Assembly: GCA_965637545.1 (NCBI GenBank)
Contig: OZ281494.1
Coordinates: forward strand, 11,904,001 to 11,968,000
Direction of reading: 5' to 3'
Origin: Phallusia mammillata
Taxonomy: Eukaryota
DNA: 64,000 nt
In this document: positions 52,511-64,000 of the stretch, in pieces
Layout: each line of letters begins with the position of its first letter
Position numbering within the stretch: the stretch's first letter is position 1
Position numbers and translations under genes: made by a program
Notes under the pieces: generated by a model
Databases searched by the model: none
The model's input: the letters and a program-made list of their open reading frames with translations, nothing else
Told to the model about the DNA's origin: nothing

Positions 52511-52966
52511 TAAACAGTACGTGTGTAGGGAGTAGGGTCACACACGTTTTTACATAAAAAAATTGGGTTTGCAGGTCAAATAGTGCAGAAAGTAAATGGT
52601 TAAATAGACATATAATATACTAAAACGGCAACATGTAGGAAAGCTACCTTTCTAGTTATATCAGTCATTCGTAAGAACAACGAATATTGGACTGTAGGGG
52701 TTGGATAAACAAACGTCCCCTAGTGGAGTCAAGACTTTTGCGATCATTAATTTGAATACGTTGTTTGACAACAAATGTCTAAAGTTTTTTTTGGTAAAAA
52801 AACAGTTTTTTTCAAGACAGTTTTTTATTTTTGGTTGGTTTCTCAACAAAAAGCAAGACAGCAAACCATATGATAAAAAACAAATAACAGCAAATAGGCA
52901 TGATGATGAAAGACAAATAGGAAATGGAGGTCATGGGGCGGTAGCTGGCAGTGCTGGTGTAAAAAA

Positions 52967-55900
52967 TCATCTTTTTTCCACAAAGTCGGTAACCAGAAAA
53001 AACTGTAAATGAAGTGACGACGATATGGTTAAGGAAAACAAAACAGTTAAGACTTGTGCTCTTTCTTCCGGCGCCTGAAACTATCCGGCAGGGTTTCTTT
53101 CTGTGGTTTCTTTTCCTGTCGACCCCACCCTCTTTCCCTAACACGGGTGGTTAGTTTATAGGCCCCTCTCGACTGGGTCCACCAACGTCCCACCCCCAGT
53201 CGGGTTTACCCACAATGCGCCAACCTCACTTTCTCGTAAGACCCAGTCACTTAACGCCTTGTAATGACGTGTAGCTGCAGCGCGTTTTGGCTCTCATCCA
53301 CCAATTGTGCCCGACACTTTTAAGCGCTCCATAACGTTTCGACGTTGCGCAGCTATTTCCGGCTTGGTGATTGTTTTAGTGCAATTGTGTCGCTATGTTG
53401 TCTTTCTCCAAGCGAAATACAAGCCGCGCTAAAGGTAAGTTCTAATCTAATAGTTTTCGGTGTGCGACCCCTCAGTGTGATTTGAAAATGGCGTGTCAAA
53501 CGACTGCAACGTACGTTTTGTTTGTTTTGTTTTTATTTTTGTTGCTATGCTAGGGTGTTAAGAACCTTATTTCAACAAGGGTGTTGGCATTTTACGCCCC
53601 GTTTCTCTAAAGTAGCTGAAATTGTACACGGTGTGATTTTTATATTATCTCATGCTGGGGTCATAGGCATACTTTGCTTAAATATATGTTTACGGCATTA
53701 ACTTTGCAAAAAGTAATTTGGGAATTTACATTGTATCTTAGCTGCGTATGCTGCTGTCACTTAGTATGGTGAAATCGTTATTCTGTGATCAATAGATGAC
53801 GGGTCCAACTACAGGCCTTTTCTATTGCATTCCTTATCACCGAGCAACAGCAGAGTCCAAAGCGCTAAAGTTATTTGCAAAGCTGTCCTTAGATTACCAC
53901 CATGACCGCTGTCAACGCTACAACGTCAGGATACAAGTGATAAGCCATCCGACGTAATAATGTACATTTGTCCTTATACGGCAAAACTACGGACGGCTGG
54001 TGAGTTTCCTATTTGGATAACGCCAAATGGCCCCCTTTGCTGATTAATAAAACGAATATCTTAACAATCTTAACAGAGGCTATGTGGTCTTTAATTTTTT
54101 AAATCGCCTTATTTGTGACCCTGGATCAAAATCGCCCCCTATTAGATAATTATTTTGTAAAAAAAGTTCTTGCCTCCCGAGCAAAGATGAGCAATTAAAT
54201 TCACTCAGCAACTCAAAAGCTTTAGCTAACAGACTTTGGAGCGTTAATTGCAAGAAACTTTGTTACATCATAGACAAGATATAATACTGCGATTATGCGC
54301 AAACAATCGCCTTCTTTTGTCATTTGAGTAGGGAACAAAGGGGTATTATTCGGCAGGGGAGACGTTTATACATTCCATACAAAGTTACAACTAGAATTAC
54401 CAAATTAAAAGTTACAGTTTGGGAAGCGCTTGTATAGGACGTGTGAAAGCGAAACACGTTTGTATGAAAGGTTGCTCCTTAGTACTCGAAAGCTATCAGC
54501 CGTTAGCATACATAATGTTATTCAAAGGCCCCCGTGGCAAATTAATTGCCAACCATGCTCTCGAGATCTCCAAGACACACGAACAATTATAATCGCAAGC
54601 AAAAACAATTATTTTAAATAGGCACATGTTTAAGCTGCTGCGCCCCTTGTGCTTTGGTGTTTGTTTGCGAGACGAATAAAATCTGGTTGTAAGGTTTAGT
54701 TAGGTTTAAGTCATATCGCTTACCCCACGCTCACGGTGTTTACATATATTTTAGCACAGTCGCCTCTCGGTCTACAAAATTGCCCTGATCTAAACCTTGA
54801 GTTGCAAAGTATGTATACATATGATACCTAAACATATGACACTTTACTAAAGGATACAACAAAGTGCCAAGGCACAGAACGAAAGAGGTTTGCCAAATAT
54901 CCTTTGTAAAACGCACGAAATCCCTCAGCTTTGTAAGTCTGCAAAACAACACAAGACGGTGTAACCTACTGAAAAAAATCATGCTTATTCCATAAATAAG
55001 AAATTCAGTAAAAAACACTGATACACTAATCTAGAACAGTGATTCTGAACCGCGGCCCCCAGGGCCGCATGCGGCTCCCAAATACTTATTTTGGGATTCT
55101 CACCAGACCTCAGAAAACCACCAAACATCGCTATTTTAGCTTTCAAGGTATTAATCCTATCCTAGAGTCAAATCGTTTCATTGTTTTTTTTTTAGCTGCT
55201 GAAACGTAGACATAACAGTAGCTCACACGCTCACCTCATAAATACAATGCCACATGCTTGTGTATCTGACGTTGTGTAGTGATTGATTCATCATTCGTGA
55301 CTAAAATCAAAATCAAGAGTCAGTTTGTAGGCGAAACACTTGCTAGAACATTAATGTTATTTACACCGAAGACTGCATGTCAAACAAAATTTAACTAAAC
55401 AATCTCGTAGAAGAGAATGCGAGTTAAAATACACAGCGAAATACATCGTTATGCTTTTGACGTTATTTCTTATTTTGTTTATTACTTGACAAGTGTCATT
55501 GTGCAAGAAAAGTGAGTCATATTGTGTCGGGCCGGGTTCGGGCTTAAGTTTCTTCAAAAAAGGGCCTGATTCGGACCTGACTTCACACTCTGTATCAGCG
55601 ATTTTTCTCAAAAAATTTAACTAGCTAAGTAGCTAGTTGCTGGACCTGACCTAATGCCCAACAGCCCCAAAACGCCATGTTTACTAGGATCATTGTCTGT
55701 TGTGTTTGTTGTCTTGGTCTTTACGGGGACATCTTTGTATACACTTGTCAATCAAACTAAACGGACATCTCAAAAACGATTCGGGTTCGGGATCGGGCCA
55801 GGTTCCGGCTCCAATTTCAGGTCCGTCGCAGACTAAGAAGCCGTGCTTTGAGAAATTCTGACATGATGGTAATGTATGTGAAGCAGGTGAATGAAAGTAT

Positions 55901-58820
55901 TGCTATTTGTGAACACTCAGCTACCCATTAACTGCAAGTCTGCAAGCATACTTGTTACGGACCCTGGCATAAAATGGATTGCTGGAATTTACAGACTTCG
56001 CTGTGACAACAGTAATAAACGTTTATGGTTATGCGCTTTCGCACTTCCCATGGAAATGACGTCCGTCGATGTTTGATGTTTAATTACACAATGTCCCACA
56101 GAATGCCCGCGAACATTTTAGCTTAATACTAACGCAGGCTTGGTTGGGCAAAAAAGTAAAGCCCTAAAAGAAGAGTTATCGGCCCGAAACCATGTGCGAT
56201 ATCGGTACTCGACCGACAATTAACGGACTAAATACCGATACTGCGGCCATATGGATCAATTTTAGGTCGTTACAGTGCTTTAAAGACACTAAACATTGCT
56301 TTGGATAATTTTTGATTGTAATTGTGTTTTGTTAAACTTCGGCCCTGGCCAGAAATTGAACATAATTTTTAAAGCGAATAATGTAATATATATTAATTCA
56401 GTAAAGTATCGCGAATTGGATCAGATCGCAGTACTTTTTGTGTAAAATATAAGGTACTGGTACGGGATGAAAACAGATAACCGGCCAACCCTACTAAAAA
56501 GCGCCAAGGGGTGAAACATAAACATTCTACAGGCCGCTGAAAGCAAAGTTTTTTTATAAACCGGACTTAGGGAGTTTGTAACTTTTTATAATGCATAAAG
56601 AAAACTTGCTTTGAGTTCTTACCTTGGTGACATCAAAAGGATTAACAAAAACTGTTCCCAAAATTGAAGCAAAAGAAGATGATCTAAAACACAATGTAAA
56701 ACAACATGAGTTGTTGCTATTATTATATATACATCATCTTTTGTTTTTGCGTGCAAGGGGCAAGACGTTATGGATGCTTGCGGTTTCTTGGGTGCAAAAA
56801 CACTTTTACTAGAACAGTGGCTTTCTATAGATTTCCAGTTGACTTGCTAAAATGATTGTTTTTACAAGCAAAAACAAATGGGTCCCCACACACAAGTTTA
56901 CGCGAACTGGTTACAGTATAAAAATGATGCGACTATTTTTTTAATTTTTAAGAATAAATTACTAAAACCCATCAACTCTCAAAAAACTTTGTTAATATTC
57001 TTTTTACATCATTATGTTATTATCTCAAATTTTTAAATAAATTTAAAAATTGGTAACTGCACACAGTTCAGATTTTTAACCAAGCTTTAAAATAGTGGTA
57101 CTTGCGTATTACATTACGTATGAAGTGATGTACCAATCTCCAAAATTGTGCCGGAGAATTCTAGTTGATTCGTCATAGACTGAAAATGTTACACCAACCA
57201 ACACTCCAGTTCTCCATATGTTAGGGCTGACACCCTATAAAAAAGTAAATTATGTTTTTTTTATTGTTTAACTCATTTTACGGCACATGTTGTTTGTAGG
57301 CACTAAACTTAAAACATTTATAGACACAAAACAATGCAAAACTTATTTGAAAGTACATTTTATGAACACCAGTACAGTACGTTATTAATTAATAACAATA
57401 AAGTTACAAAGATTCACAAACCCACTCTAAAACATCCCTTGAAACCATCCTGTATAAGCTGTTTAGAGGAGTTTGATAAAGTCATGCCTTGTGTTTGCAT
57501 TCGCACCTAAATGCAAAGGGTGGTTTGATAAACATGTTTACAAACAAATTTTACATGCTTGAATGTGCTATGCTCATAAAGAGTGTGTCTCAAACTGCCA
57601 ATGACACCAGCAATAAGCTGTCAAATTATCATGGACAAGTGTGCACAGGAGAATAAATAATACAAAATGTTCAAAAGAATCCTCTGAAACATGAGTTGAT
57701 TCCACATACCTTTAATATGTCGACTGGATTACACATTGCAGCTGAAGAACTTCCAGAAATAAAAGCAAAAGCTAAGTTGGAAGAAAATGATTGCACACCT
57801 ACATAAAAAAAATACCATTACAGTTCCTTGACCCAAAATGGTTCTCTGAGCAGGGTTTAACAGGGGTCAGGTTTTGATGTGTTGCCCAAGAGTTACTCAT
57901 GGAGAAGTGGAACAATATTTTCCAGTCGCTGTAGTAGTAAACTCAGATGACCTTTTGCACAACAACAACAACAGGTAAAAGTAGTCACTAAGCTAAGAGG
58001 CAAGCACAATAAAACATTTTGCAAGTGGTGTGCTACGTATTAACGAAACTATACAGACCAGCTTGTAATGGTGTTTGTTTTGTTTTTATGGCAGTTGATG
58101 CAAATATTCTTACCATTGTATGAGCGGTTAAGATTTTTATATGTCCATCGCTTTAAACCACCATAAACAATTTGTCGAAAAACTGCTGGAGCACATCTGC
58201 ATAAACAAAGGACAAAAAATAACATTTGTGAATTGTTTAAATGTAGCCCTTTAACCAGGACAATCTGACGAACAAAAATGATTTAGCATTCACTCAGAAC
58301 AAAATGCAATGACTATTTAAACAACAACTTACCCTCTGTACAGTGCAGTAAAACCTTCGTGCTTGCATATTTTAACAATTGCATGCAAGGGGTTCCGATA
58401 TTTCAGCTTGGTGTACCTGCTGTCAAACACTTGGCCCTGTAAAAAATCAACATCAGAAAATAAAGACCTGCTCCAAAATTAAATCTTGACAGTAGTGCTA
58501 ATATATATGCAAGATCACCAAGGAACACTGCATGGATGTTGATATTTTGATAGTATTTTTTTTCTTTTTTGTGTTATAAAGAGAAGATAGTATAGCTGGG
58601 ATGCACTAAGGCAATGCACCATTAAAGGTTTTATTTTTTTTTGTAATTTAGTTAATCAAAGCATTGCAAAAAACTTTTGACAGCTTACCTGAATTTGTAA
58701 ACGAGTTTTAGCTAAATCAATTGGAAATGTGGTGAGTTCAGCAGCTACTGATGCAATTGCACCACTAACAAATGGTTGACCCTGTTTTGTTTCCGGGGGG
58801 CTCAAACAGGATGTTTCCAT
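52967..58820 (-). CDS. SLC25A30: Mitochondrial carrier, SLC25A14/SLC25A30 (UCP5/KMCP1)-like, about 284 aa in 10 exons
   Basis: Exons 58820-58689, 58436-58333, 58196-58114, 57798-57710, 57506-57426, 57234-57113, 56683-56623, 55300-55235, 54938-54858, 53002-52967. Three Px[D/E]xx[K/R] signatures: [35 protein letters not shown]. Ends [11 protein letters not shown]. The symbol is the best family match; exact orthology is uncertain. Confidence 0.85.
53003..54857 (-). other. U12-type GT-AG terminal intron of the carrier gene
   Basis: 5' splice site GTATCCTTT; branch site TTCCTTAAC at 53036-53028; acceptor TTACAG. Confidence 0.8.
56809..57010 (-). mobile_element. HINE 3'-end fragment in a carrier intron
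   Basis: CTAGAACAGTGGCTTTCT...ATGATTGTTTTTACAAGCAAAAACAAATGGGTCCCCACAC, matching the CTAG ends of copies 1 and 2. Confidence 0.65.
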
Positions 58821-59322
58821 TAGAAGAGGACATTAGCATGACAATTTCATTTGTTATCATTTATCTAAATCTAAATGCAATAATCAACAAATAGTACAGT
58901 AGAAAGCAAAGTTCAACACCTTATGGGCACACAGTAAGTATATCAAACAACAGATTGAACAAAAACAAATGGTAAGTTACAAAGAGATTTTTAAAAGAAT
59001 CTGACTGTTCTTTTTTAATTAAATCTAAAAACTTTTTTAATTAAATGTTTATAAATAGAGAAATGATACTTTGATTTATTGAACAATTTTTAATTAAACA
59101 GTCCAGATTTTCTCATTAGCAGATAATACTTCACACATTTACAAATATATCAAGCAATGTTAAAATCTCCACTTTGACACATTAAAAAGGCAATAATGGC
59201 AATGGAACTGAGTACAACACTTACAAAGACAGACAACAGCTTAAAATTGACAAAAAAAGTAAAAGAGCCATTAAAAGATTTGTACGGTGAAGAATTACAG
59301 ACCACATCATTAATGAAAATAC

Positions 59323-60666
59323 TTAGTGATTTCTTAAAATATGTAAAACTTTGCTGTATAAAACTGGGGGTGAATTTAGGGCATATATAAAATCAAGATG
59401 GGTGTAATCAGGTATAAAATCATATGCAGCTATTGATGAAAGAGAATTGACAAGTGTGTTACAGTCTGCAGGCACAACAAGGGTATCTTTTCCACCACAA
59501 AATACATAAGCTGGTATCTTAAACTTTTTGAAGTCATACAGGGGTGGGTGCGTCTGTCCATAGTGCCATAAGTTAAGGTACCAGTGTCCATAGTCAAAAT
59601 ACTTCATGTTACCATCCTTGGTGCCAGCCATTTGAGCCCAGTGGATCATATTTCGTGTTGAGGTACCAGCAGGATTGTGTGCAGAGTACACAGGAACCCT
59701 TGAAATGTTGGTATTCGTAAAGTCAGTGCCTCCAATAAGAAACAAGACATTTTCACAATACTTTTCCTCATGTGGACAGATTAATTTTGCAATAAAAACC
59801 AATAAACCGGTATGGGGAAGAAAATCGCCATCTCCAAACAGTCGATATAAAAAGTTTATGTCATTAGCAACATATTTCAAATATCGCAGAGGAGAAGTCA
59901 TATGCCCAACTAAACCAGCAGGAGCAAGAGCAATAAAGGCTTCAATTTTGCTGGCAAAACTGTCACCTTGAGTCATTGCAGCTATCAAAAAGCATGTATT
60001 TCCCTGTGAGTGTCCAATGTAGTTCACCTTTTTATGTCCCGTTATGTTAGTTATGTAATAAACCATAGCTGGAATATCATATTTTCCCATTTCATCGAAG
60101 CTCCATTGCCAAAACTTGTACTCATCTGGTGACAAACTTACATGGTTTGTGGAATAGCGATTTCCGCGAACATTGCCAAGCCAAACATCATAACCCTTAT
60201 TGTATAGGATGTAGGCCAGACTTTCATTTATAAGGTTCGTAAGAAAACAGTCTGATGAACTCAACAGTCCATGTACCAGCAAAACCGGCAAGCGATTTTT
60301 TGTTGGTTGAGGTATTCGCTGCATCCCCAAAATATATCCGTCTGTTGTCTGTGGATAGTGCTCCTGACAAGGTAATCCTTTGGATGTTATAAGTTGAGAA
60401 GCATTCATGTTAGCTTCAGGATCAACTGGGTCAAACTTAAACATGCTTAGAATTTCTGGTTCCAAAGAACTCTTTTGCAATATTTCATGATCATATCCTT
60501 TTCTCGGCATGATACTCCACTCTTTGGAAAATTCATCAATCATATTTTGGACATTTTTTACATAGCTTGTGTCTTCTTGCAATAAGATATAGCTGATCAT
60601 AAATAAACAGGAACCTATCGCAAATGCTACAACACAAAATCTTAAGCCCAACCTATAGTCTTCCAT
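59323..60666 (-). CDS. Acid/gastric lipase family (LIPA/LIPF-like) triacylglycerol lipase, intronless, about 447 aa
   Basis: DPEANMN, TTDGYILGMQRIP, VLLVHGLLSSS, GYDVWLGNVRGNRYS, WSFDEMGKYDIPA, GHSQG nucleophile, GGKDTLV (Asp), YTHLDFI (His); N-terminal hydrophobic helix. First ATG at 60666. Confidence 0.92.
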   Translation of the reverse strand: MEDYRLGLRFCVVAFAIGSCLFMISYILLQEDTSYVKNVQNMIDEFSKEWSIMPRKGYDHEILQKSSLEPEILSMFKFDPVDPEANMNASQLITSKGLPCQEHYPQTTDGYILGMQRIPQPTKNRLPVLLVHGLLSSSDCFLTNLINESLAYILYNKGYDVWLGNVRGNRYSTNHVSLSPDEYKFWQWSFDEMGKYDIPAMVYYITNITGHKKVNYIGHSQGNTCFLIAAMTQGDSFASKIEAFIALAPAGLVGHMTSPLRYLKYVANDINFLYRLFGDGDFLPHTGLLVFIAKLICPHEEKYCENVLFLIGGTDFTNTNISRVPVYSAHNPAGTSTRNMIHWAQMAGTKDGNMKYFDYGHWYLNLWHYGQTHPPLYDFKKFKIPAYVFCGGKDTLVVPADCNTLVNSLSSIAAYDFIPDYTHLDFIYALNSPPVLYSKVLHILRNH

Positions 60667-61437
60667 CCTGATTTTCTTCACATTGGCAACTCAGCAATTT
60701 TTATTTTCTTCTCATTGGCAACTCAGCAAGAATTAACGCCTGTCCGGAAAACGCTTGGCAGAAACAACGGGTGACGCCTCTATTGAGGCAGTCTGGTACT
60801 CTTTGTATCGTTGTTATCCAGCTTGCAGACTATTGCAAAGTGGTGTCCCCTTTCTTCTTCTTGCAGTCATTCAAATACTTACGTCGCAAACACAATTTTG
60901 TTTCTTAAAGCCATAACCATCAGTAACAAACGACGTAACATCCCGAGTGATTAATCTGGTTCAGAGGTCAGCGCTCGACCTCGACCCGGCCGACTTTTTT
61001 CCAAGCATGGTGAACTCATGCCGGAGTTCACTTGACCTTTCACTGCGCCTATCAAACAAGCACCGTTTTGACCCGGAGTAAACCTGTTCCGCTTCACCAA
61101 TTCGTAGTTTTAATTTGTACGAGTGTGCACTGAACACTGAGCAAAAGTTTAGGAAATTACTTTGTACTGATTTGTTAAAAAAAAACATCAACGCTTTTTG
61201 ATACACTGCAAAGCACTTTTTTATGATTACAATATAAACAAACGAAGGGCAAAAACAAGCATAAATTGTTAATTTTAAAAAACAAACATTGGTTAGTTTT
61301 TGTTGTTTGATGTTAAAATGCTAACCAACGTTTATGCTCTCATGCATAACAAATTGTTTCGTAACAATTACACGAAACTCTTGTTTTCAAAATTATTGCA
61401 ACTAATCAGCCGTAACGTGTTCGTTTGCGCGGGAATC

Positions 61438-63059
61438 ATGTTTCCTTCTGGAACTATTTTGATTGTTCTCGGGGCGTTATTTGTCGATGCCTCATCCCAC
61501 GCCCAGCAATACAGGTGGAACGTTGTTTTACTCAGGCAAGACGACGCACAAACAAATCCAATAGAGACACAAGATTTCGAGAAACTGAATCCATTAACTT
61601 TTCAAAATGAAGTCAAGGATTTTTTACCGTTTGTGGCGATGTCTGCGGTAAGGAAAATAGGGCATTCAAGATTCATTTAAAAAAAGTTTTTTAAGGTAAT
61701 ACTGCTAAAAGTTTAGTAACTTTAGCTAATGTCAATCTGATGTACTCAATTTCTGTAATGTTGTTGTGGTCTTTGTAGTGTTACATTTTCATTCTTTTGT
61801 GTGTAGCATTTAAGTTATAACTTTTGTTTTATTGTCAGGCAAAAACTCAAAAATCCAACTTTGTTTCCAGTCAGTATGTGCTGGAAGTTACTATTTTGAA
61901 TGAAAATGACCAGGTAAGACAGCTTTGTTAACCATAAAATCAGCACAAAAAATATTTTAAGTTTGCTATCTGTATATTTTTCAAAATAAAACTTTTATCA
62001 TCAACTTTGATCTGAATGGCAATTTTAATTTAGGTAGCTAGGACCGTTATGAGACACATGGTACTCAGTGGTTCACAACCGGTTTTTAGGATTTCTGATT
62101 TACCCAATAAGAATGAGATAGATGGAGGACAGGTGATATTACAACTGCATGGAGTTTTGTCATCAAGTAAGCGAATAATATATTCTATGATACTTACAAT
62201 TTGGTGCAGTGATTCTCAAACTGTAATGTGATAAGCTGCAGACAGTGCACACTGTTTCGACCTATAAGGTCTCATCAGTGCAGCTGGTGACGAGAGATCG
62301 GCCGTATTGGCTAGTGTAGCCATTCAACGGCACTCCAGTTTGTTGGGAGCACAGAGTACAACCCCATGCATCACCTAGTCTGTGCGATGCCACAACTGGA
62401 CCTTATAGGTCGAAACAGTGTGCACTGTCTGCAGCTTATCATTTATTGGCTCTATATGCTTTTACATTGTAATGTGATAGATTTCTAAATGGCAGCGGAA
62501 TTCGCTATTTTAACTGTGGAAACATTGTCTGGTGTTTCATGACTTGTTAACAAAATACGATCTTGCATGATAATGTTTAAAACCTATTTTTTTCATATCT
62601 TTCTTGAAAAGAATTCTTGCCCACCACATCAAATTATTTATTAACATTAAAAAAACAACTTTTCTGTGGTCAGACTGCAAAGTAAATTTTGAGTTTGTTA
62701 ACATGCTGCATGTTTAAATATAGTTATTGTAAACATTAAATACTTCATTTGAACCAAATCTCTGATTCACAATAAAACAAGCTTTTTGTTTTAATTTCTT
62801 TTTTGTCAACATTAAAATATACAATGCTCTCAGTGTTTTCTAATTTGATCTTATGTTCAGATTGCAATTTTAACAGGCATAAATTTATGTTGCAGTAGCT
62901 AACTGCCACTAATACTATTTGTGTAACAGCTGATGAAAATGAACTGGAGCTTTCAAGTGTAAAGTGGAGCTTTCCTTTACCAGTTAATGACTACACACAT
63001 GGCATGACTTTGGAAATAAGTGAGAAAGACACTGGATCAGTTAAAGTGCAAGGTTTCAA
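61438..63059 (+). CDS. Secreted or membrane cadherin-like protein, 5' exons only (continues beyond the window)
   Basis: Signal peptide MFPSGTILIVLGALFVDASSHA. Exons 61438-61647, 61839-61913, 62034-62166, 62930-63059 are phase-consistent. LEVTILNENDQ and QPVF resemble the cadherin DxNDxxPxF linker; the cadherin call is tentative. Confidence 0.6.
62229..62441. mobile_element. Penelope-like (PLE) pseudo-LTR fragment with an inverted partial duplication, 3' ends pointing outward
   Basis: Perfect 43-bp inverted repeat (62229-62271 / 62399-62441) made of hammerhead ribozyme sequence; no TSD seen. The PLE assignment is inferred from the known association of small hammerheads with PLE termini. Confidence 0.6.
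62234..62285 (-). ncRNA. Type I hammerhead ribozyme
   Basis: Minus strand reads AGCUGCA-CUGAUGA-GACC(UUAUA)GGUC-GAAA-CAGUG(UG)CACUG-UC^UGCAGCU. All core nucleotides, stems I-III and a GUC cleavage triplet are present; predicted cut between 62241 and 62240. Confidence 0.88.
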
Positions 63060-64000
63060 GTGAGTTTTTGTGATTTTCTTGAAATAGTGTAAAGCAGAGT
63101 TGTCAAACTCAATCTGCTTTGAGCGCAAAAACAAACTTGTAAGTAAGTCGAGTGAAGTAAGTCATTATCGAAATATTTGTTGCAATGCAACATGACAACA
63201 AAATTATTGCATGATTAAAAAGTTAAATGGTTATTAATGCCATTAGCTACATTTAAAGACAATATTGTTATAAGTACCAAACAGATATATATACAGTGTA
63301 ACAGAGTGAAAGAACCAACTGTGCACATACAACTTCTAAAAGTTATTTCATGGGCTGCACAAAAACTCTTGCAGGGCTGCATGTTTGACACCCCAGGTGT
63401 AAACTTTTTCATGGTAAACATTTAAACATCATTATATTTAAATCATACTTATACTTTCAAAACTGCCAATGTTTTGTTTGGTGGAGCATGCTTGGTGCAT
63501 TGTGACAACACAATTATTCCCACACCCATGTTAGTTTTGTAGCTTTCCAAGGTTCCTTATGTAAACAGCGTTTTGTTCTTTGGTACTCTTTCGAACCCTA
63601 GTTTCGTCTGTTAGCAGGGCATAAATATGCAAATTTAATCCCTGGATCCGTTTGTGCAACTGCCCGGCCGAACACCGAGCATCAAAAACAGCGATGCTTA
63701 GTACATAGTATTGGGTTTCTAAATCGACTCAGCCTATCCCTAATAATAACTCATGAGTTGTAATAATAAATGAATGAATCGCAAAGACCAGTCTGTAGCA
63801 GGAAATACTTTGCTACATCTAGTTTAAGCTAAAAATGTTCCATATGAAAACTGATTTTGCTGCTGATATGATTATGATTTCGTTTTTTTCGGGTATACAC
63901 TTGTTAAATTGTGCTGCTAAATTAGAATAAAAACTCTTTTGGTCTAAATGTTTATAAGACGTCTTTGACTTTTATACAGGAAGACTTTTTTCATTGTGAA

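Noticed and set aside
54100-56480. Additional partial MITE-like ends and inverted repeats in carrier introns (about 54110-54330, 55037-55080, 55520-55835, 56170-56480)
   Set aside because: Clearly repeat-derived, but I could not pair TIRs with TSDs reliably, so they are not annotated individually.

Overview
AT-rich, gene-dense animal nuclear DNA with short GT-AG introns and splice acceptors just upstream of many start codons. This compact architecture suggests a tunicate/ascidian-type genome (inference, not proven). I assembled 17 gene models by hand: an orphan single-pass membrane protein, the 5' 290 codons of CPSF2, a small coiled-coil ORF, DRAP1, a TJAP1/BEGAIN-family gene, a Pro-rich orphan, DDX20, GLO1, ADAT2, a short bacterial-type L-asparaginase, ANKRD6/Diversin, PPP6C, a TTF-type zinc-finger gene, an SLC25A14/30-like carrier, an acid lipase, the start of a cadherin-like gene, and one weak antisense micro-gene candidate listed only under findings. 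Most are arranged as head-to-head pairs. Mobile DNA: eight hAT-type non-autonomous elements with 8-bp TSDs, one TA-TSD MITE, Helentron/DINE-like elements and a Penelope-like inverted repeat. The most striking observations are: (1) a complete intronless ADAT2 ORF with its own acceptor inside GLO1 intron 3 on the same strand; (2) a complete hammerhead ribozyme antisense in an intron, with a catalytically truncated mirror copy on the sense strand; (3) an intron-containing 172-aa short-chain asparaginase with a non-GT donor; (4) CPSF2 stopping after exon 8; (5) two U12-type introns. All exon boundaries and coordinates were derived by eye (expect errors of a few bp), and family assignments come from remembered motifs, not database searches.
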